Source: Candidatus Poribacteria bacterium (GTDB lineage: Bacteria; Poribacteria; WGA-4E; PCPOR2b). Taken from it: 64,000 nucleotides of DNA. The position numbers and the translations under genes were made by a program. The notes under the pieces were generated by a model. That model searched no databases. It had not been told where the DNA came from and saw nothing but the letters and a program-made list of their open reading frames with translations. The stretch is taken from contig OZ242351.1 of the NCBI GenBank assembly GCA_965208675.1, positions 1,760,001 through 1,824,000 of the forward strand, read 5' to 3'. Shown here piece by piece: positions 17,761 to 27,528 of this stretch (position 1 is its first letter; each line of letters opens with the position of its first letter).

Positions 17761-18799
17761 GCTGCGCCTCCAAACAAATCGCCTGAGAAAGGCTATCGTG
17801 CGTAGCAGCGGCACATCCGACCTCGCCAACAACGATACCGCCCGCTAAATTAGAAAGCCGCGCGGCATCATACATTTCAGCACCGGCGGCGAGCGCAAGC
17901 GTGAATACCGCCACAACCGTGTCACCTGCACCGGTGTCGTCAAAAACATCGCGGGGCTGCGCAGGAGAAATGTGCGCTACTTCCGTTCGCTGACTGTCTC
18001 CAATCCTGCGAAATAGAGACATACCTTGTTCACCGCGAGTGATGAGTAGACCGTCCAGAGCCAATCTGTCCAATATCTCTTCACCGACCCCAATTAACGT
18101 ATTTTCGTCCGTAATTTCCCGGTTCAATGCTGCACCGGCTTCTTTGTGGTTCGGTGTGATGGATGTTACGCCTTCGTAGTGCCAAAAATTCTCGACCTTG
18201 GGATCCACGACGATCGGCTTGTTATATTGACGAGCTACAATGAGAATATTTTCGATGAGTTCCGGGTTCAAAACTCCTTTCTCGTAATCCTCAATAATGA
18301 GGGCGTCCGCTTGTGAAATTCGATCGGTTACCGCCTTCAGCAACTCATCCTGTAAGGACGCATCAACAGGCAAACTTGATTCTCGGTCAATTCGCAGAAG
18401 CTGTTGATGATTTGATACGCTCGTAGACGAAGCTCGCGCAATCACGCGCGTCTTGGCACTTGTCGGGCGGCTTGAATCGGTGCGGATGCCGCCGGTATTT
18501 ATCCCTGCTTCTTGAAGTATACCAATCAGTGTTTTTCCGTTACTGTCACTGCCAATCACTCCAATGAGGTCTGCTCTCCCACCGAGGCTGGCAACGTTAT
18601 GCGCTACGTTAGCAGCACCGCCGAATCGCGCTGTTTCAGAGGTCGTTTCCAATACTGGTACGGGAGCTTCCGGTGAAATTCGTTTAACATCTCCCCAAAT
18701 ATACTCATCTAAGATGAGGTCACCGATGATTACAACATGTTTTCCTTCCAGCCGATCTAATATAGCTTGTAAGCTCTCCCTCGCCAAATGCCACCCCAT
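17741..18799 (-). CDS. rfaE1: Heptose-7-phosphate kinase (HldE kinase domain)
   Basis: GDLILDEY, RISPEAPVPV, GGAANVA, DTGAGD. Confidence 0.93.
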   Translation of the reverse strand: MGWHLARESLQAILDRLEGKHVVIIGDLILDEYIWGDVKRISPEAPVPVLETTSETARFGGAANVAHNVASLGGRADLIGVIGSDSNGKTLIGILQEAGINTGGIRTDSSRPTSAKTRVIARASSTSVSNHQQLLRIDRESSLPVDASLQDELLKAVTDRISQADALIIEDYEKGVLNPELIENILIVARQYNKPIVVDPKVENFWHYEGVTSITPNHKEAGAALNREITDENTLIGVGEEILDRLALDGLLITRGEQGMSLFRRIGDSQRTEVAHISPAQPRDVFDDTGAGDTVVAVFTLALAAGAEMYDAARLSNLAGGIVVGEVGCAAATHDSLSQAICLEAQREDRLS

Positions 18800-18954
18800 C
18801 GCGTCTTACAATTTTAGCATACCTTCACGAATCTCATCAAGGAGTACGCTATTTCTGAAGTTTTTCATCTGCCTGTAATGCATTTTTGCGATTCCGGTCA
18901 ACCCCCAAATCGTTTGTTCTGTGAGAAACAGAAACTGCGAAAACAACAATGCAA

Positions 18955-19830
18955 TTATGTGGAAGGGTAAATGAGGTATCCGGTGCGTTCGGTGCGAACG
19001 CGAAATAGACAGCCCCCAGCGGTCACATAAAGTGTTCGGAGATCGTCATCTCCAAAGGTGCAATTTGTTGGGATTTCTACCGGCATCGGATGCGATTCCA
19101 GGACTCGGCCATTGGGCGCGAAAATATAAATCATGGGACCAGGCCCGCTCTTCCTCCATCCTGCAGCTGCTACAATATTGCCTTCGGTATCCAAACACAT
19201 ACCGTCAACACCGCGATGCGGGTAGAAGTTGTGCAGAACTTCATAGCTGCCAACCGTGCCGTCATCATTTATTGGATAAGCGCGCAACTCTCGCTTGTTG
19301 TTTTCGCCGTATTCGCTCTGAGCCACGTACAGCCAATTTCCATCTGGCGAGATTAAGAGTCCGTTCGGTTTTGTAGTGTCGTGGGTAACCCGACTGATTT
19401 TCCAAGTGTCATCTGGTTGGGGATCCAATCGAAACACCGACTGGTGATCCAGTTCCAAATCATCGGTTCTGTCGCCGTAGCGCGGATCGGTAAACCAGAA
19501 ACTGCCTTGTGTATCGAAAGCAAGATCGTTCGGGCTGTTGAGTCGTTTCTCGTCGAATTTTTCCGCAACGGCAGTAGTTGCGCCGTCCCGGTCGTAGCGC
19601 ACAATCCTCCTGCCGCTGCCCTCGCATCCGTACAACTGCCCCGTTCTGTCAAACATAAGTCCATTGGCACCGTTCGTTCCTGTCCGAAAGACGGTGCATT
19701 CACCGCAGCCCGGTGTGTATCGCATAATGCGGCTGCTTGGGATGTCGGTAAAGAGCACTGCCTCCCCGTCCCAAGCGGGCCCTTCCGTAAAGCTGAACGG
19801 TCCAGCAACCTGTTCAAAGTCCCAATGCAT
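18955..19830 (-). CDS. SMP-30/gluconolactonase family
   Basis: FTEGPAW, LNSPNDL, PNGL, DGM.LD. Confidence 0.93.
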   Translation of the reverse strand: MHWDFEQVAGPFSFTEGPAWDGEAVLFTDIPSSRIMRYTPGCGECTVFRTGTNGANGLMFDRTGQLYGCEGSGRRIVRYDRDGATTAVAEKFDEKRLNSPNDLAFDTQGSFWFTDPRYGDRTDDLELDHQSVFRLDPQPDDTWKISRVTHDTTKPNGLLISPDGNWLYVAQSEYGENNKRELRAYPINDDGTVGSYEVLHNFYPHRGVDGMCLDTEGNIVAAAGWRKSGPGPMIYIFAPNGRVLESHPMPVEIPTNCTFGDDDLRTLYVTAGGCLFRVRTERTGYLIYPST

Positions 19831-19975
19831 TTCCCGCCTCTTAAATGTACGTGTCTATGCAGATGTTTTATTGAAGCATACACGAATCCATAAAAGAAGG
19901 CAAGGAAAAAGTTGGCGATTATTCGGCGGAGTCGATGGATTTGCGGCGATACGCGATTCAATGCTGAAATGTCGT

Positions 19976-20479
19976 TTAATCCATTTCAAGAGGCGTGAGA
20001 ATCTGTGTGTCGGCGGGGATTTGCGGGAGGGTACAGGCTTCAAAAGTCAATTGCAAATCGCGTGGGCGGTATGGCGTGCCGAATGCACCTAGAGTGGATT
20101 CTCGAACGATGCGTTGGAGATGGCGGACTGACGCTTGAGTGAATCTAGCGCTGACAAATAGGTACGAATTCGGCGTGACGGCTTCGCCGCGAAGCCGCTT
20201 CCACCTGAGAAATGTCTTCAACTGTCCTTGAAATTCTTTCGATACGGGGATGGCCCGCGGTTTATTTTCGTGCCCAACTTTCGCGCCAATGTGGAGGTGG
20301 GTAAAGGTTTCAACGCTGGGCTTTAGATGGGCGACGCGTAATTCACGCAGTTCAGCAACACTCAATCCGGTCCGCAGAATGGTTAGCACAACGCAGAAAT
20401 CTCGAAAGTTGCGGTTTCGATGCGTCCAGTCAAGGAGTCGGAGTTCTTCATCGATTGTCAATATCTTCGGTCTGCGCAT
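19976..20479 (-). CDS. Short tyrosine-recombinase-fold protein with degenerate active site
   Basis: RD...L...TGLSVAEL (normally TGxR); PRDLQLTF (normally HxLRHTF); no C-terminal Tyr box. Confidence 0.7.
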   Translation of the reverse strand: MRRPKILTIDEELRLLDWTHRNRNFRDFCVVLTILRTGLSVAELRELRVAHLKPSVETFTHLHIGAKVGHENKPRAIPVSKEFQGQLKTFLRWKRLRGEAVTPNSYLFVSARFTQASVRHLQRIVRESTLGAFGTPYRPRDLQLTFEACTLPQIPADTQILTPLEMD

Positions 20480-20555
20480 CCTACATTGTCTGGCACTGAA
20501 ATGACGAGTTGTTCTGCCGTAGTTCCCTCACCCGTTCCAAAGATTCCCCAATAGA

Positions 20556-21089
20556 TTATTGCGCAAACTTCCTTTTCAAAATCTCCAACACAACCGGAGG
20601 CACCATTTCTATTAGCTTGTCTTCACTCACTTTTTGTCCGCCAATCTGTAAAATTTCCATAACGAGTGTGGAACTCAAATGAGCATATTTTGTGTTTGCC
20701 ATCATGAATAAGGTGTCAACCCCAGGGGCTATTTGACGGTTCATGCGCGCCATTTGGAATTCCTTCTCAAAGTCGGAGAATTCTCTGAGACCCCGAATAA
20801 TTGTGCAGGCGCCCCGCTCTTGCGCATATTGTGCTGTGAGACCGGAAAACTTGTCTATGCCGACATTGGGGTAAGGATGGATGACAGCTTCCAACATTTC
20901 AATCTGTTCTTGAAGCGTAAATCGAGGGGTCTTGGCAGGATTGATGCCGATTGCCACAATTAGCGAATCGAAAAGGGAGAGATTGCAGACGCGATCGATT
21001 AAATCGACGTGACCGTTGGTAACGGGATCGAAACTTGCAGGAAAAACCGCGATTTTTTTGGACACGCCGGAATCCTTATTTCGCAACAT
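20556..21089 (-). CDS. coaD: Phosphopantetheine adenylyltransferase
   Basis: SFDPVTNGH, IRGLR..SDFE.E, SST. Confidence 0.93.
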   Translation of the reverse strand: MLRNKDSGVSKKIAVFPASFDPVTNGHVDLIDRVCNLSLFDSLIVAIGINPAKTPRFTLQEQIEMLEAVIHPYPNVGIDKFSGLTAQYAQERGACTIIRGLREFSDFEKEFQMARMNRQIAPGVDTLFMMANTKYAHLSSTLVMEILQIGGQKVSEDKLIEMVPPVVLEILKRKFAQ

Positions 21090-21201
21090 TACAGGGATTG
21101 AGAGTGTGATTCAGGTTGCCGAAATATTAACACACGGCTGTTACGCCCGTCAACTCGAATGTGTTACCGCGCTCGTACCGGACACATTGCAGAAAAATCA
21201 A

Positions 21202-21230
21202 TTGACCGAATTCCTATGCTAGTTTATCAT
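21202..21230 (+). promoter_or_regulatory. Sigma70-type promoter for the HAD gene
   Basis: TTGACC-N17-TATCAT in the divergent coaD/HAD gap. Confidence 0.5.
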
Positions 21231-21267
21231 AGCAATGCTAACCTAGGATTTTCGCGAGCCACGACGA

Positions 21268-22002
21268 TTGACCTCAGACATGATTAAAGCCGTCACATTC
21301 GATTTTTGGCAAACCCTTTACGCCGATTCGCAAGAACTGAAGCGCGAGCGCCAGGCGATGCGAACCCGTTACTGCCACAAATTTCTTGTGGAACAGGGGC
21401 ACGACGTGACACCAGCGGAGGTTAATTCAGGCATTCAAACTGCCTACAGGCTCGCGGAAACCATGTGGTATCAACATCGGGGGGTCACGGTTGACGCGTG
21501 TATTTTGCGCCTTTTAAGCTCGCTTGGGATTCAGCCAACGCCGCCAGTCGTTGAAAATCTCGTTCACCTGACAGGCGAGGCTTGCTTGAATGTACCGCCG
21601 GTGCTAATACCGTACTCCAAAGATACGCTTGCTCAGCTTAGCGGGAAGTACCAGTTAGGAATAATCTCAGACACGGGTTTGACGCCAAGCCGAGTTTTGC
21701 GCCAGTTAATGACAGCGGATGGCATGCTCGGATTGTTCGCAGCGCAGACCTATTCTGACGAGACGGCGCACACTAAACCGGAAGTCATACAGTTCCACTC
21801 GACGCTGAAACAGCTCAATGTACGGCCCGGTGAGGCGGTTCATATCGGTGATTTGGTTTGGACGGATATCGTCGGCGCGAAAAACGCGGGAATGAAAGCG
21901 ATTCAATTTTCAGGTGTAACGGCAAGAGCGGACGACGATGAGTTGTGCGATGCTGCGTTTGATGATTATCGGCAACTTGAGGGAATTCTAAATCGGTTGT
22001 GA
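21268..22002 (+). CDS. HAD-superfamily hydrolase
   Basis: FDFWQTL, ISDT, KP, HIGD...D..GA. Confidence 0.92.
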   Translation: MTSDMIKAVTFDFWQTLYADSQELKRERQAMRTRYCHKFLVEQGHDVTPAEVNSGIQTAYRLAETMWYQHRGVTVDACILRLLSSLGIQPTPPVVENLVHLTGEACLNVPPVLIPYSKDTLAQLSGKYQLGIISDTGLTPSRVLRQLMTADGMLGLFAAQTYSDETAHTKPEVIQFHSTLKQLNVRPGEAVHIGDLVWTDIVGAKNAGMKAIQFSGVTARADDDELCDAAFDDYRQLEGILNRL

Positions 22003-22045
22003 GTTTTTTTAGGTGTTAATTACAATTAATTCCCAGCAATTTTGA

Positions 22046-23428
22046 TTACCACCGTTCGTCAGCAAATTGAGCATTTGGCATGGCATAGTGTTCCCCCTTA
22101 GTTTTTTCAGGGGCGCGGCGCTGAAAGACGTCCCTTTCGCTATGGCTGGGATGTTCATAACCGCCAATGACATAAACAATTGCGCCGGCTTGGCGGCAAA
22201 CGCTAATCGCCATATCCGGTGTGTATCCCCTCTCGCGGCGGCGGCTGGTCGGTTCATCCGTTACGATCATGAGGACAAGTTGGCGATCCGCAGGCGTTTG
22301 AAGCTTGGGGACGCCTTCGATAATTGCATCGAGCAGGTGTTCATCGCCTTCCTTCGGCAGCTGGAATAACTTCTTGACCTGCACAGCATCTAACGGCGGT
22401 TTCGTCACCACGATTGAGCTTTCTCCCCCGCCTACTCGCGCCCAAAACCGGATAACCCCGAAACGATAGTCGAGTCCTCCTTCATCTAGGGTTTCCGCCA
22501 AAACATCAAATCCACCGCAAATATCTTCGACATCGGCTTTCATGCTAAAGCTGGAATCGAAGACGAAGACGATATCGGCAGATTGCTTCGCCGCCGGAAT
22601 CATGTGTTCGCCAATGAGTTCGAAAATCCCGCCAATTCTTTGAATCCGCTTATCCAAATATGAGGGTGTTCTTCGTACCTGCTGGTATTCGTCAACTGCG
22701 TACCACTTCCCGCCGGTCTCCTCCGCCAACTGTAGTTGCACGGCTTCATTTACCCCAATAACATTGATGTGAACATCATCCTGCACACACCGCTCAATTA
22801 TCTGATTGGTACGTTGCTGTGTTGCATTTGGTGCTTTCCATGCCGTCTGCAACGGGGAATTTGTGACGACAATCATGTGCTTGGCGGCATCCGATCTGTA
22901 GTTCAACTCCCTTACCCCCCACATCATCGCCTCAAGTCCATATCCGGTCAAATGACTGCCTCGAAATTGTGTGTAGAAACTATCCTGGATAGCACGAAAG
23001 TCGTTCCTGAATTCGCTGCCCTCAAATTTTCCACCGCCCTGATTTTGAAACCAGACTGGCGCTATCCGGTAGTCGACCCCCGACTCCTCGAACACACTTA
23101 TCATTTTGTCAAGCTGTTCTTCAAGCTCCGCAATCGCCGCTGCCATCCTTTCGCCGCGTTCGATGACAAAGACCAAATCAACCATCTTTTCCTTACCATG
23201 ACGGCTGACGCGGCGTGTAATGCCGAGGAGGCTTTTACCGACATTTACCTTTGTTACTCTTACCTCGTCTTTCAGTTCTTTTTTTGGGCTGACCATGACT
23301 CGCCGTTTTCTGCGCGGCGGCTGCACTTGCGCTCCGGCAATCGCTGCCAACCCATCAACGCCAATCCAGATTGCCAGTATCATCAAAGCAATCCCAGTTT
23401 TCCACGTATAGCGTTTTGATGCGGTCAT
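22046..23428 (-). CDS. Secreted tandem-VWA-domain protein
   Basis: Signal peptide; DLVFVIERGERM (degenerate MIDAS) and DIVFVFDSSFSM...VTDE. Confidence 0.8.
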   Translation of the reverse strand: MTASKRYTWKTGIALMILAIWIGVDGLAAIAGAQVQPPRRKRRVMVSPKKELKDEVRVTKVNVGKSLLGITRRVSRHGKEKMVDLVFVIERGERMAAAIAELEEQLDKMISVFEESGVDYRIAPVWFQNQGGGKFEGSEFRNDFRAIQDSFYTQFRGSHLTGYGLEAMMWGVRELNYRSDAAKHMIVVTNSPLQTAWKAPNATQQRTNQIIERCVQDDVHINVIGVNEAVQLQLAEETGGKWYAVDEYQQVRRTPSYLDKRIQRIGGIFELIGEHMIPAAKQSADIVFVFDSSFSMKADVEDICGGFDVLAETLDEGGLDYRFGVIRFWARVGGGESSIVVTKPPLDAVQVKKLFQLPKEGDEHLLDAIIEGVPKLQTPADRQLVLMIVTDEPTSRRRERGYTPDMAISVCRQAGAIVYVIGGYEHPSHSERDVFQRRAPEKTKGEHYAMPNAQFADERW

Positions 23429-23558
23429 TGAGGTTTCTCCCTTCCTGTGATCGCCCTAGTCACGGCGATTTACTCAGCGTTGACCTATATTTCCCGTTCG
23501 CCGCAGCCACGGAATGCTGATTTTCGCATTACAGGTTTATTGCTCCGATCGTGCAATC

Positions 23559-25781
23559 CTACTTGACAACCACCATCCGCCGTAACGCGGTGTAATCACC
23601 CGTTCGGAGTTGATAGTAATAAGTTCCGCTTGTGACGGGTTCGCCGTTTTGGTTGCGGCCGTCCCAATACGCAGCACTCGCTTTATCTCGGTAGACACCC
23701 GACTTTTTGCGTCCAATGTCAAGGGTCTGAACGATGTGACCGCTCTGGTCATAGATGTTCAAAGTCACAGGGGCATCACTTGCCAACTGATAAGGTATCC
23801 ACGTTTCGGGGTTGAACGGATTTGGATAATTTTGCAGCAACGCCGTGCGTTTGATGTTTCCCAGCGTGGTCACCCGTTGCGCCAACGGTTTCACTCCTAG
23901 TTCTGTTGAACAAGCGAATTCCCATAGCAACACGGTGCCGTCCCGCGAGCCGCTAGCAAGGGTACCGCAATCGCGACTGAAGGCAACGTCATAAACCCCC
24001 GACGTTCCACCCCGTATAGCTAGCGTATGCCCGGTTAGCGTTTGAATCAGTTCGCCCGTGTTGGCGTCCCACAAACGAATCGTATCGTCCCAACTAGCGC
24101 TACTTGCGAGCGTACGTCCATCAGGGCTAAATGCAACGCTTTCCACCGGACCCGTGTGCCCTGTGAGCTTACGCAGGCGTTCTCCCGTATGGGTGTCCCA
24201 CAATCGGATAGCGTCCGCACTCCCACTAGCGATAGTTTTGCCGTCAGGACTGAACGCAACGCTCTGGACCGCAGGCATAGGCCGGTTTAAATTACGCAAG
24301 TGTTTTCCCGTTTCCGCGTTCCATAGACGGATTGTACCGTTAAAACTCCCGGTGGCAATGGTTGCGCCATCGGGACTGAACGCTATGCTTTGGACAAAAA
24401 ACACATCCTTGAGCCTTCCTTTTAGTCTCCCCCTATGAGCGTCCCATAGACGGACGGTAGGGTCCGCACCCCCGCTGGCAATTGTGCTTCCATCGGGACT
24501 GAACGCAACACTATACACACCACCTCTATGCCCGGCGAGTGTTTGCCGGTGTTCTCCCGTATCCGCATCCCACAGACGGACGGTACGGTCCCAACTCCCG
24601 CTAACGACGGTGCTTCCATCGGGACTGAACGCAACACTATAGACCACAAGCCTATGCCCGGTGAGCGTTCGCTGAAGATTTCTCGTATCTGCGTCCCACA
24701 GACGGATGGTACCGTCATGACCGCCGCTTGCGATGGCGCCGCCATCCGGGCTAAACGCAACGCCATTGATTCCATCAGTGTGCTCGGCGTACGTCTGCAA
24801 GTGTTCCCCTGTATTGGCCTCCCATAGACGGATGGTGTTGTCAAAACTCCCACTGGCGATTGTGCCACCATCCGGACTAAACGCAACGCTATAGACCCAA
24901 TCTGCGTGACCGGTGAGCGTGCGCAGGTGTTTTCCTGTATCGGGCTCCCACAATCGGATGGTATTGTCAAAACTCCCGCTAGCGATGGTCCTGCCATCCG
25001 GTCTGAACGCAACGCTACGAACATCATCCGTATGCCCCTTGAGTGTTCGAAGGTGTATTTTTTTATCGGCACCCCACAATCGGATGGTATCGTCTCGACT
25101 CCCACTGACGATGGTATTGCCATCCGGACTAAACGTGACGCTATAGACCCAATCTGCGTGACCGGTAAGCGTTCGCAAGTGTACCCCTGTATCGGACTCC
25201 CACAGCCGGATAGTATTGTCCCAACTCCCACTGGCAATTTTACCACCATCCGGACTGAATGCAACGCAACGAACCGCGCCCGTATGCCCGGTGAGCGTTC
25301 GCAGGTGTTCCCCCGTATCGGTGTCCCACAAACGGATGGTCGCGTTCCCATTTCCGCTAGCGATGGTGCTGCCATCGGGACTGAACGCAACGCAATATAC
25401 ACCAGATTTATTCCGTGTGAGCGTTCGCAGGTGTTCTCCGGTATCGGCGTTCCATAGACGAATGCTGCCGTCCACACTCCCACTCGCGATGGTGCCGCTA
25501 TCGGGACTGAACGCAACGCTCCAGACCAAACTCGTATGCCCTGTGAGCAGGGCAACTTCTTTATGGTTCGCCGTATCGTAAATCCAAACGCCGATACTGC
25601 CGGCGACCGCAAGTCGAGTACCGTCGGGCGAATACTGAATTTCACTTATCCTACCTTTGCCGAGGCGTGCTTTAGCGCCATCAGGTAAACTCAATTCCGA
25701 TGAATCTTGGGCGAAACTGTGGGGAACACACGGAGCGAAAACGAACAACAGAGTAACAATGAAAAACATTGTTTTCATCAT
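23559..25781 (-). CDS. Secreted WD40-repeat protein (~13-14 repeats) with FlgD-Ig/T9SS-like C-terminal domain
   Basis: Same N-cap (LPDGAKARLGKG) and CTD (LLQNYPNPFNPETW) as 442-2772. Confidence 0.93.
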   Translation of the reverse strand: MMKTMFFIVTLLFVFAPCVPHSFAQDSSELSLPDGAKARLGKGRISEIQYSPDGTRLAVAGSIGVWIYDTANHKEVALLTGHTSLVWSVAFSPDSGTIASGSVDGSIRLWNADTGEHLRTLTRNKSGVYCVAFSPDGSTIASGNGNATIRLWDTDTGEHLRTLTGHTGAVRCVAFSPDGGKIASGSWDNTIRLWESDTGVHLRTLTGHADWVYSVTFSPDGNTIVSGSRDDTIRLWGADKKIHLRTLKGHTDDVRSVAFRPDGRTIASGSFDNTIRLWEPDTGKHLRTLTGHADWVYSVAFSPDGGTIASGSFDNTIRLWEANTGEHLQTYAEHTDGINGVAFSPDGGAIASGGHDGTIRLWDADTRNLQRTLTGHRLVVYSVAFSPDGSTVVSGSWDRTVRLWDADTGEHRQTLAGHRGGVYSVAFSPDGSTIASGGADPTVRLWDAHRGRLKGRLKDVFFVQSIAFSPDGATIATGSFNGTIRLWNAETGKHLRNLNRPMPAVQSVAFSPDGKTIASGSADAIRLWDTHTGERLRKLTGHTGPVESVAFSPDGRTLASSASWDDTIRLWDANTGELIQTLTGHTLAIRGGTSGVYDVAFSRDCGTLASGSRDGTVLLWEFACSTELGVKPLAQRVTTLGNIKRTALLQNYPNPFNPETWIPYQLASDAPVTLNIYDQSGHIVQTLDIGRKKSGVYRDKASAAYWDGRNQNGEPVTSGTYYYQLRTGDYTALRRMVVVK

Positions 25782-25906
25782 CGGATTAATCCTCCATGTT
25801 TGAGTTCAGGGAGTCTAATTTTGTAAAATTCTGGACCGGTATGATACATGTGAGGTTTTCACTGGATATTTCTACAAAATGGTTGGTTTACTGTTCACTG
25901 CAAATC

Positions 25907-26764
25907 TCAGTGTAATACGTTCGACTTAATTGCACCCCAAGCGGCAGCAGACTTCCTATCGGGATGAACTGCCAACACCCCCAAAACACCTTTGACACCG
26001 CCTTCGAAGTGTTTTGTAATTTCATCAGCGGTGAAGGCTCGCTTCGCAATCAGGACTTCGTCCAACAGTCCGTCCATCGCAATGGGTCTTTCCGCCCAAC
26101 CGATTGTGACCGGTGCGTTGATGAATTCTGCCATATCGTCGTCCTTTTCGTGGGGATCAATAAAAGATCTAAGCCAATTTGTTTCTTTGCCACCGTTGTA
26201 CGTCTTGGTCAGGTGCCTTTCTCGGACTACAGCGAAGTGGCGCCATGCCTTAGGCTTCGCATTCCAATCGCCGGGGCCAAAGTGTCCGCTACTGATAGTT
26301 TTGCCGCCGCCGTCTCCCTCAATAACGACAGTGGAATGCAAACCGAGACCTACAAGCGCGGGATTTGAGCCGGGTAGGTTCACGCCAAGAATCCATTTGT
26401 TCATTTCCCCGCGGCCTTCGTCTTGAGCTATGAACGCATGTTGCCCGACAGTTTCATTCAGGTTAAACCACACAGCAAGCGTATAATCTGATTTAAAAAA
26501 GCTCAGACTTTCATCATTTCCGGCGTCCACATAACCAACCGGTTCAAGCTGAACGGCGTTTCCGAATTTACCTTTTCCCCATTTTGCGTTTCTCTTAAAC
26601 GTGCCGTGATTTCCGTGAGGAGAGAGGTCTTTGGTAGTTCCGCCCCTGCCTTCATCAAACGGCATTGCGAGCACAATGTCTCTGTCAACGATTGTATCGG
26701 CTTCTCCAACGCCGCACGCGCCAACCACACCGATTATCAGTAACGCCGAAACTAACGTTTTCAT
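25907..26764 (-). CDS. Secreted LamG/concanavalin A-like domain protein
   Basis: FDEG.G....D.S..GN.G, GKFGNA, W.H.AVV, G.LDEV; tail LAVHP...AAWGAIK. Confidence 0.85.
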   Translation of the reverse strand: MKTLVSALLIIGVVGACGVGEADTIVDRDIVLAMPFDEGRGGTTKDLSPHGNHGTFKRNAKWGKGKFGNAVQLEPVGYVDAGNDESLSFFKSDYTLAVWFNLNETVGQHAFIAQDEGRGEMNKWILGVNLPGSNPALVGLGLHSTVVIEGDGGGKTISSGHFGPGDWNAKPKAWRHFAVVRERHLTKTYNGGKETNWLRSFIDPHEKDDDMAEFINAPVTIGWAERPIAMDGLLDEVLIAKRAFTADEITKHFEGGVKGVLGVLAVHPDRKSAAAWGAIKSNVLH

Positions 26765-26861
26765 TAGTCATTCCTCCTACTCGGATTAATCTGTACGAAT
26801 CTCTTCAATTCCGTGCCGAATATAGGCGGGCTGTAACGTAAGGTATTGACTTTTGGTTTTT

Positions 26862-26877
26862 AGCAAAACATGTGCCA
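26862..26877 (-). promoter_or_regulatory. Sigma54 (-24/-12) promoter
   Basis: Minus-strand TGGCACATGTTTTGCT (GG-N10-GC), ~100 nt upstream of the LamG start. Confidence 0.7.
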
Positions 26878-27193
26878 ACGGATAATCCATTTCAATTTTG
26901 CGCCTGGTATGTTTGATACATCACGGCACGTGAGTAATTTGCATCACTCCGTCTCATTGGCCAATCCTTGCCCCAAACGGTGCAAAAATATCGAACCCTT
27001 GCTCCATTTCGTGCACGTCCGTAAATATCGGATTCATTGAGACAACCCATTACTTTTTCCGCCGTGCTTATTCTCATCGCTAGAGAAAACGAACGAATAA
27101 CGATTATCTGTCAGACTAATCTCAAAAAGGCTTGAAGCAATTTTGCTACATCTTGATACTAGAATGATACACCAGTTAAATCTAGCAGTATTT

Positions 27194-27456
27194 GTAGGTT
27201 GGGTTAAGCGGGGTTTAAGGAAACACGTATTTTTGCCGAACGCGATTCGTTTTTTGATTATGTTGTCAGTTTTTAATGAGGTAGCGTAACCCAACGTTTT
27301 TTATATTTGGGGTATGTATCGTAGAACAGAGTCGGTTCGTATTTGAGAAAAGCGTTGGGTTACGCTGCACGTATTTTGACATGCACACGGTTTTGAATTT
27401 GCGGTGTTAATTTGCCATAGAAATGTAATGGGATGAATCCGCTTAACCCAACCTAC
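27194..27456. repeat. Complete 263-bp REPIN-like inverted element
   Basis: GTAGGTTGGGTTAAGCGG-69-GTAGCGTAACCCAACG-56-CGTTGGGTTACGC-70-CCGCTTAACCCAACCTAC. Confidence 0.9.
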
Positions 27457-27528
27457 ATTTGCTGTCTACAATTAAAATCTGTGCAATGGTCATTAACTTA
27501 CTTTGGAAGCGTTCAACTCAACTAACTC

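Noticed and set aside
442-25781. DGR template/variable repeat pair between the WD40 paralogs
   Set aside because: No reverse transcriptase in the window, and differences between repeats are not adenine-specific
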